IMG/VR virus record: IMGVR_UViG_2537562192_000020 | Strand: one strand, 5' to 3' | Length of the DNA stretch: 38,194 bases | Source of the DNA: a virus | Taxonomy: Duplodnaviria; Heunggongvirae; Uroviricota; Caudoviricetes | Part shown: positions 29,606 through 38,194 of the stretch, piece after piece | Position numbering within the stretch: the stretch's first letter is position 1 | How the letters are laid out: the number at the start of each line of letters is the position of its first letter | The notes under the pieces: generated by a model | Databases searched by the model: none | Told to the model about the DNA's origin: nothing | What the model saw: the letters and a program-made list of their open reading frames with translations, nothing else | Program-made: the position numbers and the translations under genes

Positions 29606-30778
29606 ATGGCTCAGGATTACCACCACGGGGTGCGCGTTGTTGAAGTCAACGAAGGCACCCGATCCATTACCACGGTGAGCACCGCCATCGTGGGTATGGT
29701 CTGCACGGGCGATGATGCCGATGCAAAAATGTTTCCTCTTAATAAACCCGTGCTGATCACTGATGTGCTGACTGCCAGCGGTAAAGCGGGTGAGTCAGGC
29801 ACGCTGGCTCGTTCGCTGGATGCCATCGCTGACCAGGCAAAACCCGTGACCGTTGTTGTGCGTGTGCCGCAGGGTGAAACGGAAGAAGAAACCACGACCA
29901 ATATCATCGGCGCAGTGACCGCTGAAGGTAAAAAAACAGGCATGAAAGCCCTGTTATCTGCCCAGTCACAGCTCGGCGTTAAACCGCGCATTCTCGGCGT
30001 GCCAGGTCACGACACGAAGGCGGTAGCTACTGAGTTGCTGAGTGTGGCGCAAAGCCTGCGTGGATTTGCTTACCTGTCAGCGTATGGTTGCAAGACGGTG
30101 CAGGAAGCAATCACTTACCGTGAAAACTTCAGTCAGCGTGAAGGAATGCTGATCTGGCCCGACTTTACTGGCTGGGACACGGTGCTGAATGCCGAAGCAA
30201 CGGCTTATGCCACCGCCCGTGCGCTTGGTCTGCGCGCCAAAATTGACGAGCAGACCGGATGGCACAAAAGCCTGTCCAACGTGGGCGTTAACGGTGTCAC
30301 CGGAATTTCTGCTGATGTGTTCTGGGATCTGCAGGACCCGGCAACCGATGCGGGACTGCTGAACCAGAACGACGTCACCACCCTTATCCGCAAAGACGGT
30401 TTTCGCTTCTGGGGTTCCCGCTGCCTGAGTGATGACCCGCTCTTTGCCTTCGAAAACTACACCCGCACGGCGCAGGTGCTGACGGACACGATGGCAGAAG
30501 CGCACATGTGGGCGGTGGATAAACCGCTGAATCCGTCGCTGGCCCGCGACATTATCGAGGGTATCCGCGCCAAAATGCGCAGCCTGGTCAGTCAGGGCTA
30601 TCTCATTGGTGGTGATTGCTGGCTGGATGAGTCGGTGAACGACAAAGACACGCTGAAAGCCGGAAAACTCACCATCGACTACGACTACACGCCAGTGCCG
30701 CCACTTGAAAACCTGATGCTGCGTCAGCGCATCACCGATCAGTACCTGGTTAATTTCTCCAGCCAGGTCAGCGCGTAA
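29606..30778 (+). CDS. FI: tail sheath protein FI
   Basis: ATG 29606 with AGGAGG RBS; extensive match to recalled P2 FI (DYHHGV.V.E.NEGTR...[19 protein letters not shown]). Confidence 0.9.
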   Translation: MAQDYHHGVRVVEVNEGTRSITTVSTAIVGMVCTGDDADAKMFPLNKPVLITDVLTASGKAGESGTLARSLDAIADQAKPVTVVVRVPQGETEEETTTNIIGAVTAEGKKTGMKALLSAQSQLGVKPRILGVPGHDTKAVATELLSVAQSLRGFAYLSAYGCKTVQEAITYRENFSQREGMLIWPDFTGWDTVLNAEATAYATARALGLRAKIDEQTGWHKSLSNVGVNGVTGISADVFWDLQDPATDAGLLNQNDVTTLIRKDGFRFWGSRCLSDDPLFAFENYTRTAQVLTDTMAEAHMWAVDKPLNPSLARDIIEGIRAKMRSLVSQGYLIGGDCWLDESVNDKDTLKAGKLTIDYDYTPVPPLENLMLRQRITDQYLVNFSSQVSA

Positions 30779-30787
30779 GGGGACAAC

Positions 30788-31303
30788 ATGGCTTTACCAC
30801 GCAAATTAAAACACCTGAACCTGTTTAATGACGGGAACAACTGGCAGGGGATCGTTGAGTCGCTGACGCTGCCGAAATTTACCCGCAAATATGAGAAGTA
30901 TCGCGGCGGCGGAATGCCGGGTGCAGTGGATGTGGATCTGGGGCTGGATGACGGCGCACTGGATACGGAATTTTCCATTGGTGGTACTGAACTGCTGCTG
31001 TTTAAGCAGATGGGCAAAGCCACGGTGGATGGTATCCAGTTGCGCTTTACCGGCTCTATCCAGCGTGACGATACCGGGGAAGTGCAGGCCGTGGAGCTTG
31101 TGGTGCGTGGACGTCACAAAGAAGTGGATTCCGGCGAGTGGAAGACGGGCGAAAGCAACACCACCAAAGTGACCAGTACCAACAGCTACGCGAAGCTGAC
31201 TATAAATGGTGAGGTGCTCTATGAAGTGGACCTTATCAACATGGTGGAAATTGTGGACGGTGTGGACCTGATGGAAGCGCACCGCAACGCCCTCGGCCTC
31301 TGA
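30788..31303 (+). CDS. FII: tail tube protein FII
   Basis: 171 aa after sheath gene. Confidence 0.85.
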   Translation: MALPRKLKHLNLFNDGNNWQGIVESLTLPKFTRKYEKYRGGGMPGAVDVDLGLDDGALDTEFSIGGTELLLFKQMGKATVDGIQLRFTGSIQRDDTGEVQAVELVVRGRHKEVDSGEWKTGESNTTKVTSTNSYAKLTINGEVLYEVDLINMVEIVDGVDLMEAHRNALGL

Positions 31304-31357
31304 TGTATCTGAACGGCGCGGGATACCGCGCCAGAACCCAATTTACAGGACAGCAAA

Positions 31358-31660
31358 ATGAGCGATAAGCAGACTGAAAAGACTATTCAACTGGATACCC
31401 CCATCAAGCGCGGTAAAACAGAAATCACCGAAATTGTGCTGCGTAAACCGCAGTCCGGTGCGCTGCGCGGTACACGCCTGCAGGCCATTATGGATATGGA
31501 TGTGAACGCGATGATGACCGTGATCCCCCGCATCTCCAGTCCGGCACTGACTGCACAGGAAATTGCAGAGATGGACCCGGCAGATCTCACTGCCATGTCG
31601 GTTGAGGTTGTCACTTTTTTGTTGAAGAAGTCGGTGCTTGCCGGTTTACCGACAGCCTGA
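31358..31660 (+). CDS. E: tail assembly chaperone gpE
   Basis: 100 aa between tube and tape-measure genes. Confidence 0.75.
   Translation: MSDKQTEKTIQLDTPIKRGKTEITEIVLRKPQSGALRGTRLQAIMDMDVNAMMTVIPRISSPALTAQEIAEMDPADLTAMSVEVVTFLLKKSVLAGLPTA
31615..31621 (+). other. T_TTT_TTG -1 frameshift site producing the E+E' extended chaperone (E' frame ends 31794)
   Basis: TTTTTTG in E zero frame; the -1 frame is open from here to TGA at 31792-31794. Confidence 0.65.
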
Positions 31661-31786
31661 CGGTTGACGATCTGGTGGCTGATATCGCCACCATCTTTCA
31701 CTGGCCGCCATCCGTTACTGACGTTATGCCGCTGACCGAAGTGCTGGAATGGCGGTATAAAGCGATTCAGAGAAGCGGGGCCAACG

Positions 31787-34636
31787 ATGAGTGATAATAA
31801 CCTGCGCCTGCAGGTCATTCTTAATGCGGTTGACAAACTCACCCGCCCATTCCGTGCTGCACAGGCCAGTTCGAAAGAGCTGGCTGGCGCAATTCAGAAT
31901 ACCCGAAACAGCCTCAAAGAACTGAATAAGCAGGCTGGCAGAATTGATGAATTTCGCAAGACGCGCTCGCAACTAGCCATAACAGCCAACAACCTGAACG
32001 CAGCCCGCGAAGAGGCGGCAAAACTCGCCACACAATTTGCTGCCACTAACAGGCCAACCGCCGCGCAGGCAAAGTTATTCAGTCAGGCCAAAACACGAGT
32101 ACAGGAACTTCAGCAGACCTATAACGGCTTGTTGGGGGCGGTCCAGAGACAACGTCAGGCACTTAAAGAATCAGGGATTGATACCAGACAACTCAGTAGT
32201 GCCCAGCGAGAACTTAAGAAAAATGCCGAAGAAACTCGTCAGGCACTGGAGGGCCAGAAAAAAGCACTTAAACGTCTGGGTGAACAACAGGCACGGATGA
32301 ACGCTGCCAGAGAACAATACTCAAGACGGCTTGAAGTGCGCGATCGCATCGCAGGAGCCGGAGCCACCACCACGGCTGCAGGGCTGGCAATGGGCGCGCC
32401 AGTGATGGCGGCGGTAAAAAGCTATACCAGCATGGAAGATGCCATGAAAGGTGTGGCAAAGCAGGTCAATGGTCTGCGTGACGATAATGGCAACCGCACT
32501 GCGCGTTTTTACGAAATGCAGGATGCCATCAAAGCTGCCAGTGAACAGCTGCCAATGGAAAACGGTGCTGTGGACTTCGCCGCACTGGTTGAAGGTGGTG
32601 CGCGCATGAATGTGGCAAACCCTGACGACAGCTGGGAGGACCAGAAACGTGACCTGCTGGCCTTCGCCAGTACGGCAGCAAAGGCGGCAACAGCCTTTGA
32701 GCTGCCAGCTGATGAACTGTCAGAAAGTCTGGGGAAAATCGCCCAGCTCTACAAAATACCAACCCGCAATATTGAACAGCTCGGTGATGCGCTGAACTAT
32801 CTGGATGATAACGCTATGTCGAAAGGGGCAGACATCATTGATGTCATGCAACGCCTGGGCGGTGTGGCTGATCGTCTGGATTATCGTAAAGCGGCGGCGC
32901 TGGGTTCCACCTTCCTGACACTGGGTGCTGCGCCGGAGGTCGCTGCCAGTGCTGCCAACGCGATGGTGCGTGAATTGTCCATTGCGACCATGCAAAGCAA
33001 GAGTTTCTTTGAAGGAATGAATCTGCTGAAACTCAATCCTGAAGTGATTGAAAAGCAGATGACGAAGGATGCGATGGGAACTATCCAGCGCGTACTGGAG
33101 AAGGTGAACGCACTGCCGCAGGATAAGCGCCTGTCTGCCATGACCATGTTGTTTGGTAAAGAGTTTGGCGATGATGCGGCGAAACTGGCAAACAACCTGC
33201 CGGAACTGCAGCGCCAGCTAAAACTGACAGCGGGCAATGATGCGCTCGGTTCGATGCAGAAAGAATCCGACATTAACAAGGACTCACTTTCTGCGCAGTG
33301 GTTGTTGGTCAAAACCGGAGCGCAGAACACCTTCAGCAGCCTGGGCGAAACGCTGCGCCAGCCGCTGATGGATATTCTGTACACGGTGAAAAGCATCACG
33401 GGGGCGTTGCGTCGCTGGGTGGAAGCTAACCCTGAACTGACGGGCACACTGATGAAAGTAGCCGCGGTTGTGGCTGCTGTTACTGTGGGCCTCGGCACCC
33501 TGGCTGTGGTGTTGGCTGCTGTGCTGGGGCCGCTGGCAGTCATCCGTCTGGGATTCTCTGTGCTGGGTATCAAAACGTTACCTTCCGTTACGGCAGCAGT
33601 AACGCGAACCAGCAGCGCGTTGTCCTGGTTGGCTGGCGCACCACTTGCACTGCTGCGACGCGGGCTTGCTTCATCGGGCAACGCCGCAGGTTTACTTACT
33701 GCGCCGTTGTCGTCTTTGCGCCGCACGGCATCACTGACGGGAAATGTCCTGAAAACTGTAGCAGGTGCGCCGGTTGCACTTTTGCGGTCTGGATTATCCG
33801 GTTTACGTGCTGTTGCTGTGATGTTTATGAATCCTCTGGCGGTACTGCGCGGTGGACTGGCCTCCGCAGGCACGGTGCTGCGAGTACTGGCATCTGGTCC
33901 ACTGGCGATGCTGCGCGTTGCCCTGTATGCCGTATCTGGTCTGTTAGGTGCTCTGCTCAGTCCGATAGGTCTTGTGGTTACTGCACTGGCGGGCGTGGCG
34001 CTGGTTGTCTGGAAATACTGGCAACCCATCACCGCATTTCTTGGTGGCGTGGTGGAAGGATTCAAAGCGGCGGCAGGTCCCGTCAGTGCAGCATTCGAAC
34101 CGCTTAAGCCCGTGTTCCAGTGGATTGGCGACAAAGTACAGGCGCTGTGGGGCTGGTTTACTGATCTGCTGACGCCCGTTAAGTCGACCTCTGCCGAACT
34201 GCAGAGTGCAGCGGCAATGGGGCGGCGATTCGGGGAGGCACTGGCGGAAGGGCTGAATATGGTCATGCATCCGCTGGACTCCCTGAAATCCGGCGTTTCC
34301 TGGTTGCTGGAGAAACTCGGCATTGTCAGTAAAGAGGCTGCACTGGCTGCCGTTGTTGCCGGAATGATGGGCGTTGCTGCCGCGCCTGCAGAGCTTCCAC
34401 CGTTGCATCCTTTGGCACTTCCCGCGAAAGGCGGCGAAGCGATGGTGAGTCGTGCAGCCACTGTGCCGCCCGTTCACCGGATTGAGGCACCGACGCAGAT
34501 CATCATTCAGACGCAGCCAGGACAAAGTGCGCAGGATATTGCGCGGGAGGTGGCACGCCAGCTTGATGAACGTGAACGCAGGCTGAAGGCAAAAGCCAGG
34601 AGTAACTACAGCGATCAGGGGGGATACGACGCATGA
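31787..34636 (+). CDS. T: tail tape measure protein gpT
   Basis: 949 aa, coiled-coil N-terminal half and hydrophobic Ala/Gly/Leu-rich segments. Confidence 0.85.
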   Translation: MSDNNLRLQVILNAVDKLTRPFRAAQASSKELAGAIQNTRNSLKELNKQAGRIDEFRKTRSQLAITANNLNAAREEAAKLATQFAATNRPTAAQAKLFSQAKTRVQELQQTYNGLLGAVQRQRQALKESGIDTRQLSSAQRELKKNAEETRQALEGQKKALKRLGEQQARMNAAREQYSRRLEVRDRIAGAGATTTAAGLAMGAPVMAAVKSYTSMEDAMKGVAKQVNGLRDDNGNRTARFYEMQDAIKAASEQLPMENGAVDFAALVEGGARMNVANPDDSWEDQKRDLLAFASTAAKAATAFELPADELSESLGKIAQLYKIPTRNIEQLGDALNYLDDNAMSKGADIIDVMQRLGGVADRLDYRKAAALGSTFLTLGAAPEVAASAANAMVRELSIATMQSKSFFEGMNLLKLNPEVIEKQMTKDAMGTIQRVLEKVNALPQDKRLSAMTMLFGKEFGDDAAKLANNLPELQRQLKLTAGNDALGSMQKESDINKDSLSAQWLLVKTGAQNTFSSLGETLRQPLMDILYTVKSITGALRRWVEANPELTGTLMKVAAVVAAVTVGLGTLAVVLAAVLGPLAVIRLGFSVLGIKTLPSVTAAVTRTSSALSWLAGAPLALLRRGLASSGNAAGLLTAPLSSLRRTASLTGNVLKTVAGAPVALLRSGLSGLRAVAVMFMNPLAVLRGGLASAGTVLRVLASGPLAMLRVALYAVSGLLGALLSPIGLVVTALAGVALVVWKYWQPITAFLGGVVEGFKAAAGPVSAAFEPLKPVFQWIGDKVQALWGWFTDLLTPVKSTSAELQSAAAMGRRFGEALAEGLNMVMHPLDSLKSGVSWLLEKLGIVSKEAALAAVVAGMMGVAAAPAELPPLHPLALPAKGGEAMVSRAATVPPVHRIEAPTQIIIQTQPGQSAQDIAREVARQLDERERRLKAKARSNYSDQGGYDA

Positions 34637-35118
34637 TGATGGTGCTGGGATTGTACGTGTTTATGCTGCGCACCGTTCCGTATCAGGAACTGCAGTATCA
34701 ACGCAGCTGGCGACATGCGGCAAACAGCCGGGTAAACCGTCGTCCGTCCACGCAGTTTCTGGGACCGGACAACGACATGCTGACGCTTTCTGGTGTTCTT
34801 ATGCCGGAGATAACGGGCGGCAGGCTGTCGTTGCTGGCTCTGGAGCAGATGGCAGAACAGGGAAAAGCATGGCCCCTGATTGAAGGCAGCGGCACGATTT
34901 ACGGCATGTATGTGATTGAGGGACTGAATCAGACTAAAACGGAGTTTTTCCGCGATGGTATGCCGCGCCGGATTGAGTTTACCCTGTCGCTCAAACGGGT
35001 GGATGAATCCCTGTCCGATATGTTCGGTGATCTCAGTGCGCAGCTGAATAATTTGCAGGATACGGCAACGTCTGCCTTAAGCGATATCAGTAAAACGGTG
35101 GGAGGGCTGCTGTCGTGA
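34633..35118 (+). CDS. U: tail protein gpU
   Basis: 161 aa, P2 order. Confidence 0.8.
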   Translation: MMMVLGLYVFMLRTVPYQELQYQRSWRHAANSRVNRRPSTQFLGPDNDMLTLSGVLMPEITGGRLSLLALEQMAEQGKAWPLIEGSGTIYGMYVIEGLNQTKTEFFRDGMPRRIEFTLSLKRVDESLSDMFGDLSAQLNNLQDTATSALSDISKTVGGLLS

Positions 35119-36215
35119 ATTTCAGCTCTGAACTGCTTAACAAAGGCAACAAAACTCCCGCATTCAGCATCAGTATTGAGGGGAAGGATATCACCACTGT
35201 GCTGGACAAACGCCTGATGGGGCTTACGCTGACGGATAACCGGGGCTTTGAAGCGGACCAGCTTGATCTGGAGCTGGACGACGCCGACGGAAAAATCGTG
35301 CTGCCGCGCCGTGGTGCGGTCATTACGCTGGCGCTGGGCTGGAAGGGGCAGCCGCTTTTCCCGAAAGGGGCATTCACGGTGGACGAGATTGAACACACTG
35401 GCGCACCGGACCGCCTGACTATCCGGGCGCGAAGTGCTGATTTTCGGGAAACGCTGAATACCCGCCGTGAAAAATCGTGGCATAACACCACCATCGGGGA
35501 AGTGGTGAAGGAAATAGCCGCGCGGCACAAGCTGAAGATGGCACTGGGTAAAGACCTGTCGGATAAGCCTGTGGAGCATATAGACCAGACTAATGAGAGT
35601 GACGGCAGTTTTTTGATGCGGCTGGCGCGCCAGTACGGTGCCATTGCATCGGTGAAAAATGGCAATCTGTTATTCATCCGGCAGGGACAGGGCAAAAGCG
35701 CCAGCGGTAAACCACTGCCGGTGATTACTATCACACGTAAGGACGGCGACAGTCACCGCTTTACCCTGGCAGATCGCGGAGCTTACACGGGGGTAATTGC
35801 CAGCTGGTTGCATACCCGCGAACCCGCGAAGAAAGAAAGCACTACGGTGAAGCGTAAGCGCAGGACTAAGAAGCAGAAGAAAGAGCCGGAAGCGAAGCAG
35901 GGCGATTACCTGGTGGGGACGGATGAAAACGTGCTGGTACTTAATCGCACTTATGCCAACCGGAGCAACGCTGAACGGGCAGCGAAAATGCAGTGGGAAC
36001 GCCTGCAACGTGGCGTTGCGTCATTCTCGCTACAACTGGCGGAAGGGCGGGCAGATCTCTACACGGAAATGCCTGTGAAGGTCAGTGGTTTTAAACAGCC
36101 GATAGATGATGCGGAATGGACCATTACGACTCTGACACATACCGTCAGCCCGGATAACGGTTTTACAACCAGTATTGAACTCGAAGTGAAGATTGATGAT
36201 CTTGAAATGGAATAA
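35115..36215 (+). CDS. D: tail late-control protein gpD
   Basis: 366 aa; GTG start overlapping U stop. Confidence 0.8.
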   Translation: MNFSSELLNKGNKTPAFSISIEGKDITTVLDKRLMGLTLTDNRGFEADQLDLELDDADGKIVLPRRGAVITLALGWKGQPLFPKGAFTVDEIEHTGAPDRLTIRARSADFRETLNTRREKSWHNTTIGEVVKEIAARHKLKMALGKDLSDKPVEHIDQTNESDGSFLMRLARQYGAIASVKNGNLLFIRQGQGKSASGKPLPVITITRKDGDSHRFTLADRGAYTGVIASWLHTREPAKKESTTVKRKRRTKKQKKEPEAKQGDYLVGTDENVLVLNRTYANRSNAERAAKMQWERLQRGVASFSLQLAEGRADLYTEMPVKVSGFKQPIDDAEWTITTLTHTVSPDNGFTTSIELEVKIDDLEME

Positions 36216-36283
36216 AGTGTTCTCAATATTGATATTTTGTGTATCATTACAATGATTCTGATAGCAAAGGTAGGGATCTGGAT

Positions 36284-36502
36284 ATGATGAATTGTCCAAA
36301 GTGTGGTCATGCGGCACACACAAGGAGCAGTTTTCAAGTAACTGAAAGCACCAAAGAGCGTTACTGCCAGTGCCAAAATATTAACTGCGGGAGCACTTTT
36401 GTTACCCATGAAACAGTGGTCCGGTTTATTGTGACACCCGCACTGATTGCTACTGCTCCTCCACATCCATTGCCAGGTGGTCAGGGGCATATGAATTTTT
36501 GA
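36284..36502 (+). CDS. ogr: Ogr/Delta-family zinc-finger late transcription activator
   Basis: MMNCPKCGHAAHTRSS...KERYCQCQNINCGSTF...PHPLPGGQ closely parallels recalled P2 Ogr. Confidence 0.9.
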   Translation: MMNCPKCGHAAHTRSSFQVTESTKERYCQCQNINCGSTFVTHETVVRFIVTPALIATAPPHPLPGGQGHMNF

Positions 36503-36509
36503 GAAAGAG

Positions 36510-36530
36510 AACCTGCTACGGCAGGTTTTT
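36510..36530. terminator. bidirectional terminator-like hairpin between ogr and convergent cargo gene
   Basis: AACCTGC-tacg-GCAGGTT followed by TTTTT. Confidence 0.5.
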
Positions 36531-37011
36531 ATTCATCTGGGATCTCACCCGTTTCAAGAAAATGTATAAAGCCAGGCTCATCTATGATGATTGTGCCTTT
36601 CATCCGGGCTGCCGATACTTTTGATGGGCCTGCATTGTAACCGCAACAGAGCATCTGAAGGCTTTGGGTTACAGAGGTTCTTACCGTTAATCCTTGTTCA
36701 TTCGCCTTATCAACCAATCTTTCTTTATCTGCTTTCTTAAATCCGGTGAAACATACATCGAATGTATTTTTTTTCGGACCAGACTGCTTGGTGAGATGTG
36801 AGTAGTTTTCGGGGAGGAATGACGCGCACTCCTGAATGGCTTGTTCTGGTGAATCGTACTGTTTAAGAATGCGGTCTTTTCGGAAGGTTTTTATTCGATC
36901 GGTGTTCTTACAAATGCCCTGTATATGATTTTCGCTATAACTGATGCTCTGTATAGAGTGAACACCGATACGACCATTTGCATTGATGTAAACAAAGTGA
37001 AGTTCTTCCAT
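36529..37011 (-). CDS. hypothetical protein with WYL-like N-terminal and BRCT-like C-terminal domains (cargo next to attR)
   Basis: N-terminus ...HIQGICKNTDRIKTFRKDRI resembles the WYL core; C-terminus FDVCFTGF...GLTVRTSVTQSLQMLCCGYNAGPSKVSAARMKGTIIIDEPGF resembles LigA-type BRCT; AGAGG RBS. Confidence 0.6.
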   Translation of the reverse strand: MEELHFVYINANGRIGVHSIQSISYSENHIQGICKNTDRIKTFRKDRILKQYDSPEQAIQECASFLPENYSHLTKQSGPKKNTFDVCFTGFKKADKERLVDKANEQGLTVRTSVTQSLQMLCCGYNAGPSKVSAARMKGTIIIDEPGFIHFLETGEIPDE

Positions 37012-37092
37012 GTGAAACCTCTTTGCATGATTTCAAGATGGCGACAGGCAAGATGGACGCAAAAGTCTGTCGCCATTTTGCCGCCACTACCA

Positions 37093-37124
37093 AAGAAAAA
37101 GGGGCTACGCTTTCACGTAACCCC
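37093..37124 (-). terminator. rho-independent terminator immediately downstream of ssrA 3' end (phage-borne)
   Basis: On minus strand: GGGGUUACG-ugaaag-CGUAGCCCC followed by UUUUUCUUU. Confidence 0.6.
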
Positions 37125-37134
37125 TTGATTTATT

Positions 37135-37179
37135 TGGTGGAGCTGGCGGGAGTTGAACCCGCGTCCGAAATTCCTACAT
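37135..37179. repeat. prophage attachment-site direct repeat (right copy) = 3' end of intact ssrA
   Basis: Identical to 3122-3166. Confidence 0.85.
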
Positions 37180-37497
37180 CCTCGGTACTACATGCTTAGT
37201 CAGTCTTTACATTCGCTTGCCAGCTGCGGACGGACACGCCACTAACAAACTAGCCTGATTAAGTTTTAACGCTTCAACCCCAGGCAGGGCTTCCACGCGA
37301 TCTCTTTTGGGTTTGACCTCTCTTGATCCCCGTCCTAAGAGCGGAGGCTAGGGAGAGAGGGCTCTAAGCAGGTTATTAAGCTGCTAAAGCGTAGTTTTCG
37401 TCGTTTGCGACTATTTTTTGCGGCTTTTTACGAGGCCAACCGCCCCTCGGCATGCACCTTGGGTTTCGCAAATCCCGTCGAATCCAGAATCAGCCCC
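37135..37497 (-). ncRNA. ssrA: tmRNA (SsrA), 363 nt
   Basis: Reverse complement begins GGGGCUGAUUCUGGAUUCGAC and ends ...GUUCAACUCCCGCCAGCUCCACCA, matching my memory of E. coli tmRNA. Confidence 0.95.
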
Positions 37498-37711
37498 AAT
37501 GTGTAAAGGTAAGTATACCAGATTTATGAGCGCCATGACCAGCCTCAATGGCGTTATCGTTAAAGATTTAGCACCCATGTAGCCTGATTTTTATTCGATT
37601 AAGCAATGGGATGGCAACATTTGTGTCGGATGTGATAGCCAATAAGATGTTCATTCGCGCCGCCGGAGAGGGAGGCGCGGTGAGGAACTGGTCAATAATT
37701 GGAGTGCAGGT

Positions 37712-38194
37712 TTAACGGTGGGCGTTTTTCATGATACGTGCTTTATCCACCTGCCATTCGCGTTCTTTGATATCTGAACGTTTATCGTGCTGTTTTTTAC
37801 CTTTGGCGACGCCGATTTTCACTTTGCACCAGGCATTTTTCCAGTACAGGGAGAGCGCCACTACGGTATAGCCTTCTCGATTGACGCGACCGTACAATGA
37901 GTCCAGTTCGCGCTGGTTGAGAAGTAACTTGCGGGTACGGGTAGGATCGCACACCACATGCGTGGAGGCCACGGCCATTGGCGTGATGTTAGCGCCAAAC
38001 AGAAATGCCTCTCCGTCACGCAGAAGGACGTAGCTGTCGCTGATATTGGCTTTTCCTGCGCGCAGGGATTTAACCTCCCAGCCTTGCAGGGCAAGTCCCG
38101 CTTCGAACTCTTCTTCGATAAAGTATTCGTGACGGGCGCGCTTGTTAAGCGCGATGGTCGCTGAACCAGGTTTATGTGCTTTTTTCTTCGTCAT
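37712..38194 (-). CDS. smpB: SsrA-binding protein SmpB
   Basis: 160-aa translation [28 protein letters not shown]... matches enterobacterial SmpB; upstream of ssrA on same strand. Confidence 0.95.

Larger units (their letters stand above)
3122..37179. mobile_element. P2/186-type (Fels-2-like) prophage integrated in ssrA, ~34 kb
   Basis: Bounded by 45-bp direct repeats; contains tyrosine integrase, 186-like switch, replication gene A, cos-like site and a complete P2-order head/lysis/tail/ogr module. Confidence 0.9.

Noticed and set aside
32881-34525. Long minus-strand ORFs (526 aa and 193 aa)
   Set aside because: Fully antisense to the tape measure gene T; Ala/Ser/Pro/Arg-rich translations are the expected mirror of the GC-rich Ala/Leu/Gly-rich T frame.
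34929-35734. Minus-strand ORFs of 216 and 215 aa
   Set aside because: Antisense to U and D, which are well supported by position and overlap-coupled starts.
3122-37179. Possibility that the ssrA-linked element is a CP4-57-type cryptic island
   Set aside because: Gene content is a complete P2/186-type phage (A, Q, P, O, N, M, lysis, tail, ogr) rather than the CP4-57 gene set; only the integration site is shared.

Overview
Enterobacterial (E. coli/Shigella-like) chromosomal window containing an apparently complete ~34 kb P2/186-type (Fels-2-like) prophage integrated into the 3' end of ssrA (tmRNA), bounded by a 45-bp direct repeat (3122-3166 and 37135-37179). Right flank: ssrA and smpB on the minus strand. 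Left flank: a decayed autotransporter adhesin gene, split by an IS3-family (IS911-like) element and carrying a frameshift in a G5 run. The prophage has a 186-like switch (int, cI, apl-like, cII-like, LexA-controlled DinI/Tum-like operon), a Dam methylase module, replication gene A, a cos-like site, and a full P2-order head/lysis/tail/ogr module, with Ogr-type TGT-N12-ACA sites upstream of O, V and FI and the E/E' slippery site. Accessory content is the main interest: (1) an AT-rich three-gene cassette of unknown function between cos and the portal gene, the position where P2 carries old/tin, which is the best candidate here for an undescribed defence-type system; (2) a small WYL-like + BRCT-like protein between ogr and attR; (3) an AT-rich membrane-protein moron between int and attL; (4) a Gin/Pin-type invertible tail-fibre segment with two gix-like sites that fuse in frame. 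The tail-fibre gene H carries an in-frame TAG at a conserved Tyr position, so the prophage may be tail-fibre defective. No rRNA, tRNA or CRISPR array was seen. All family assignments are from reading the translations and motifs by eye and from memory of reference sequences; no database search was run.
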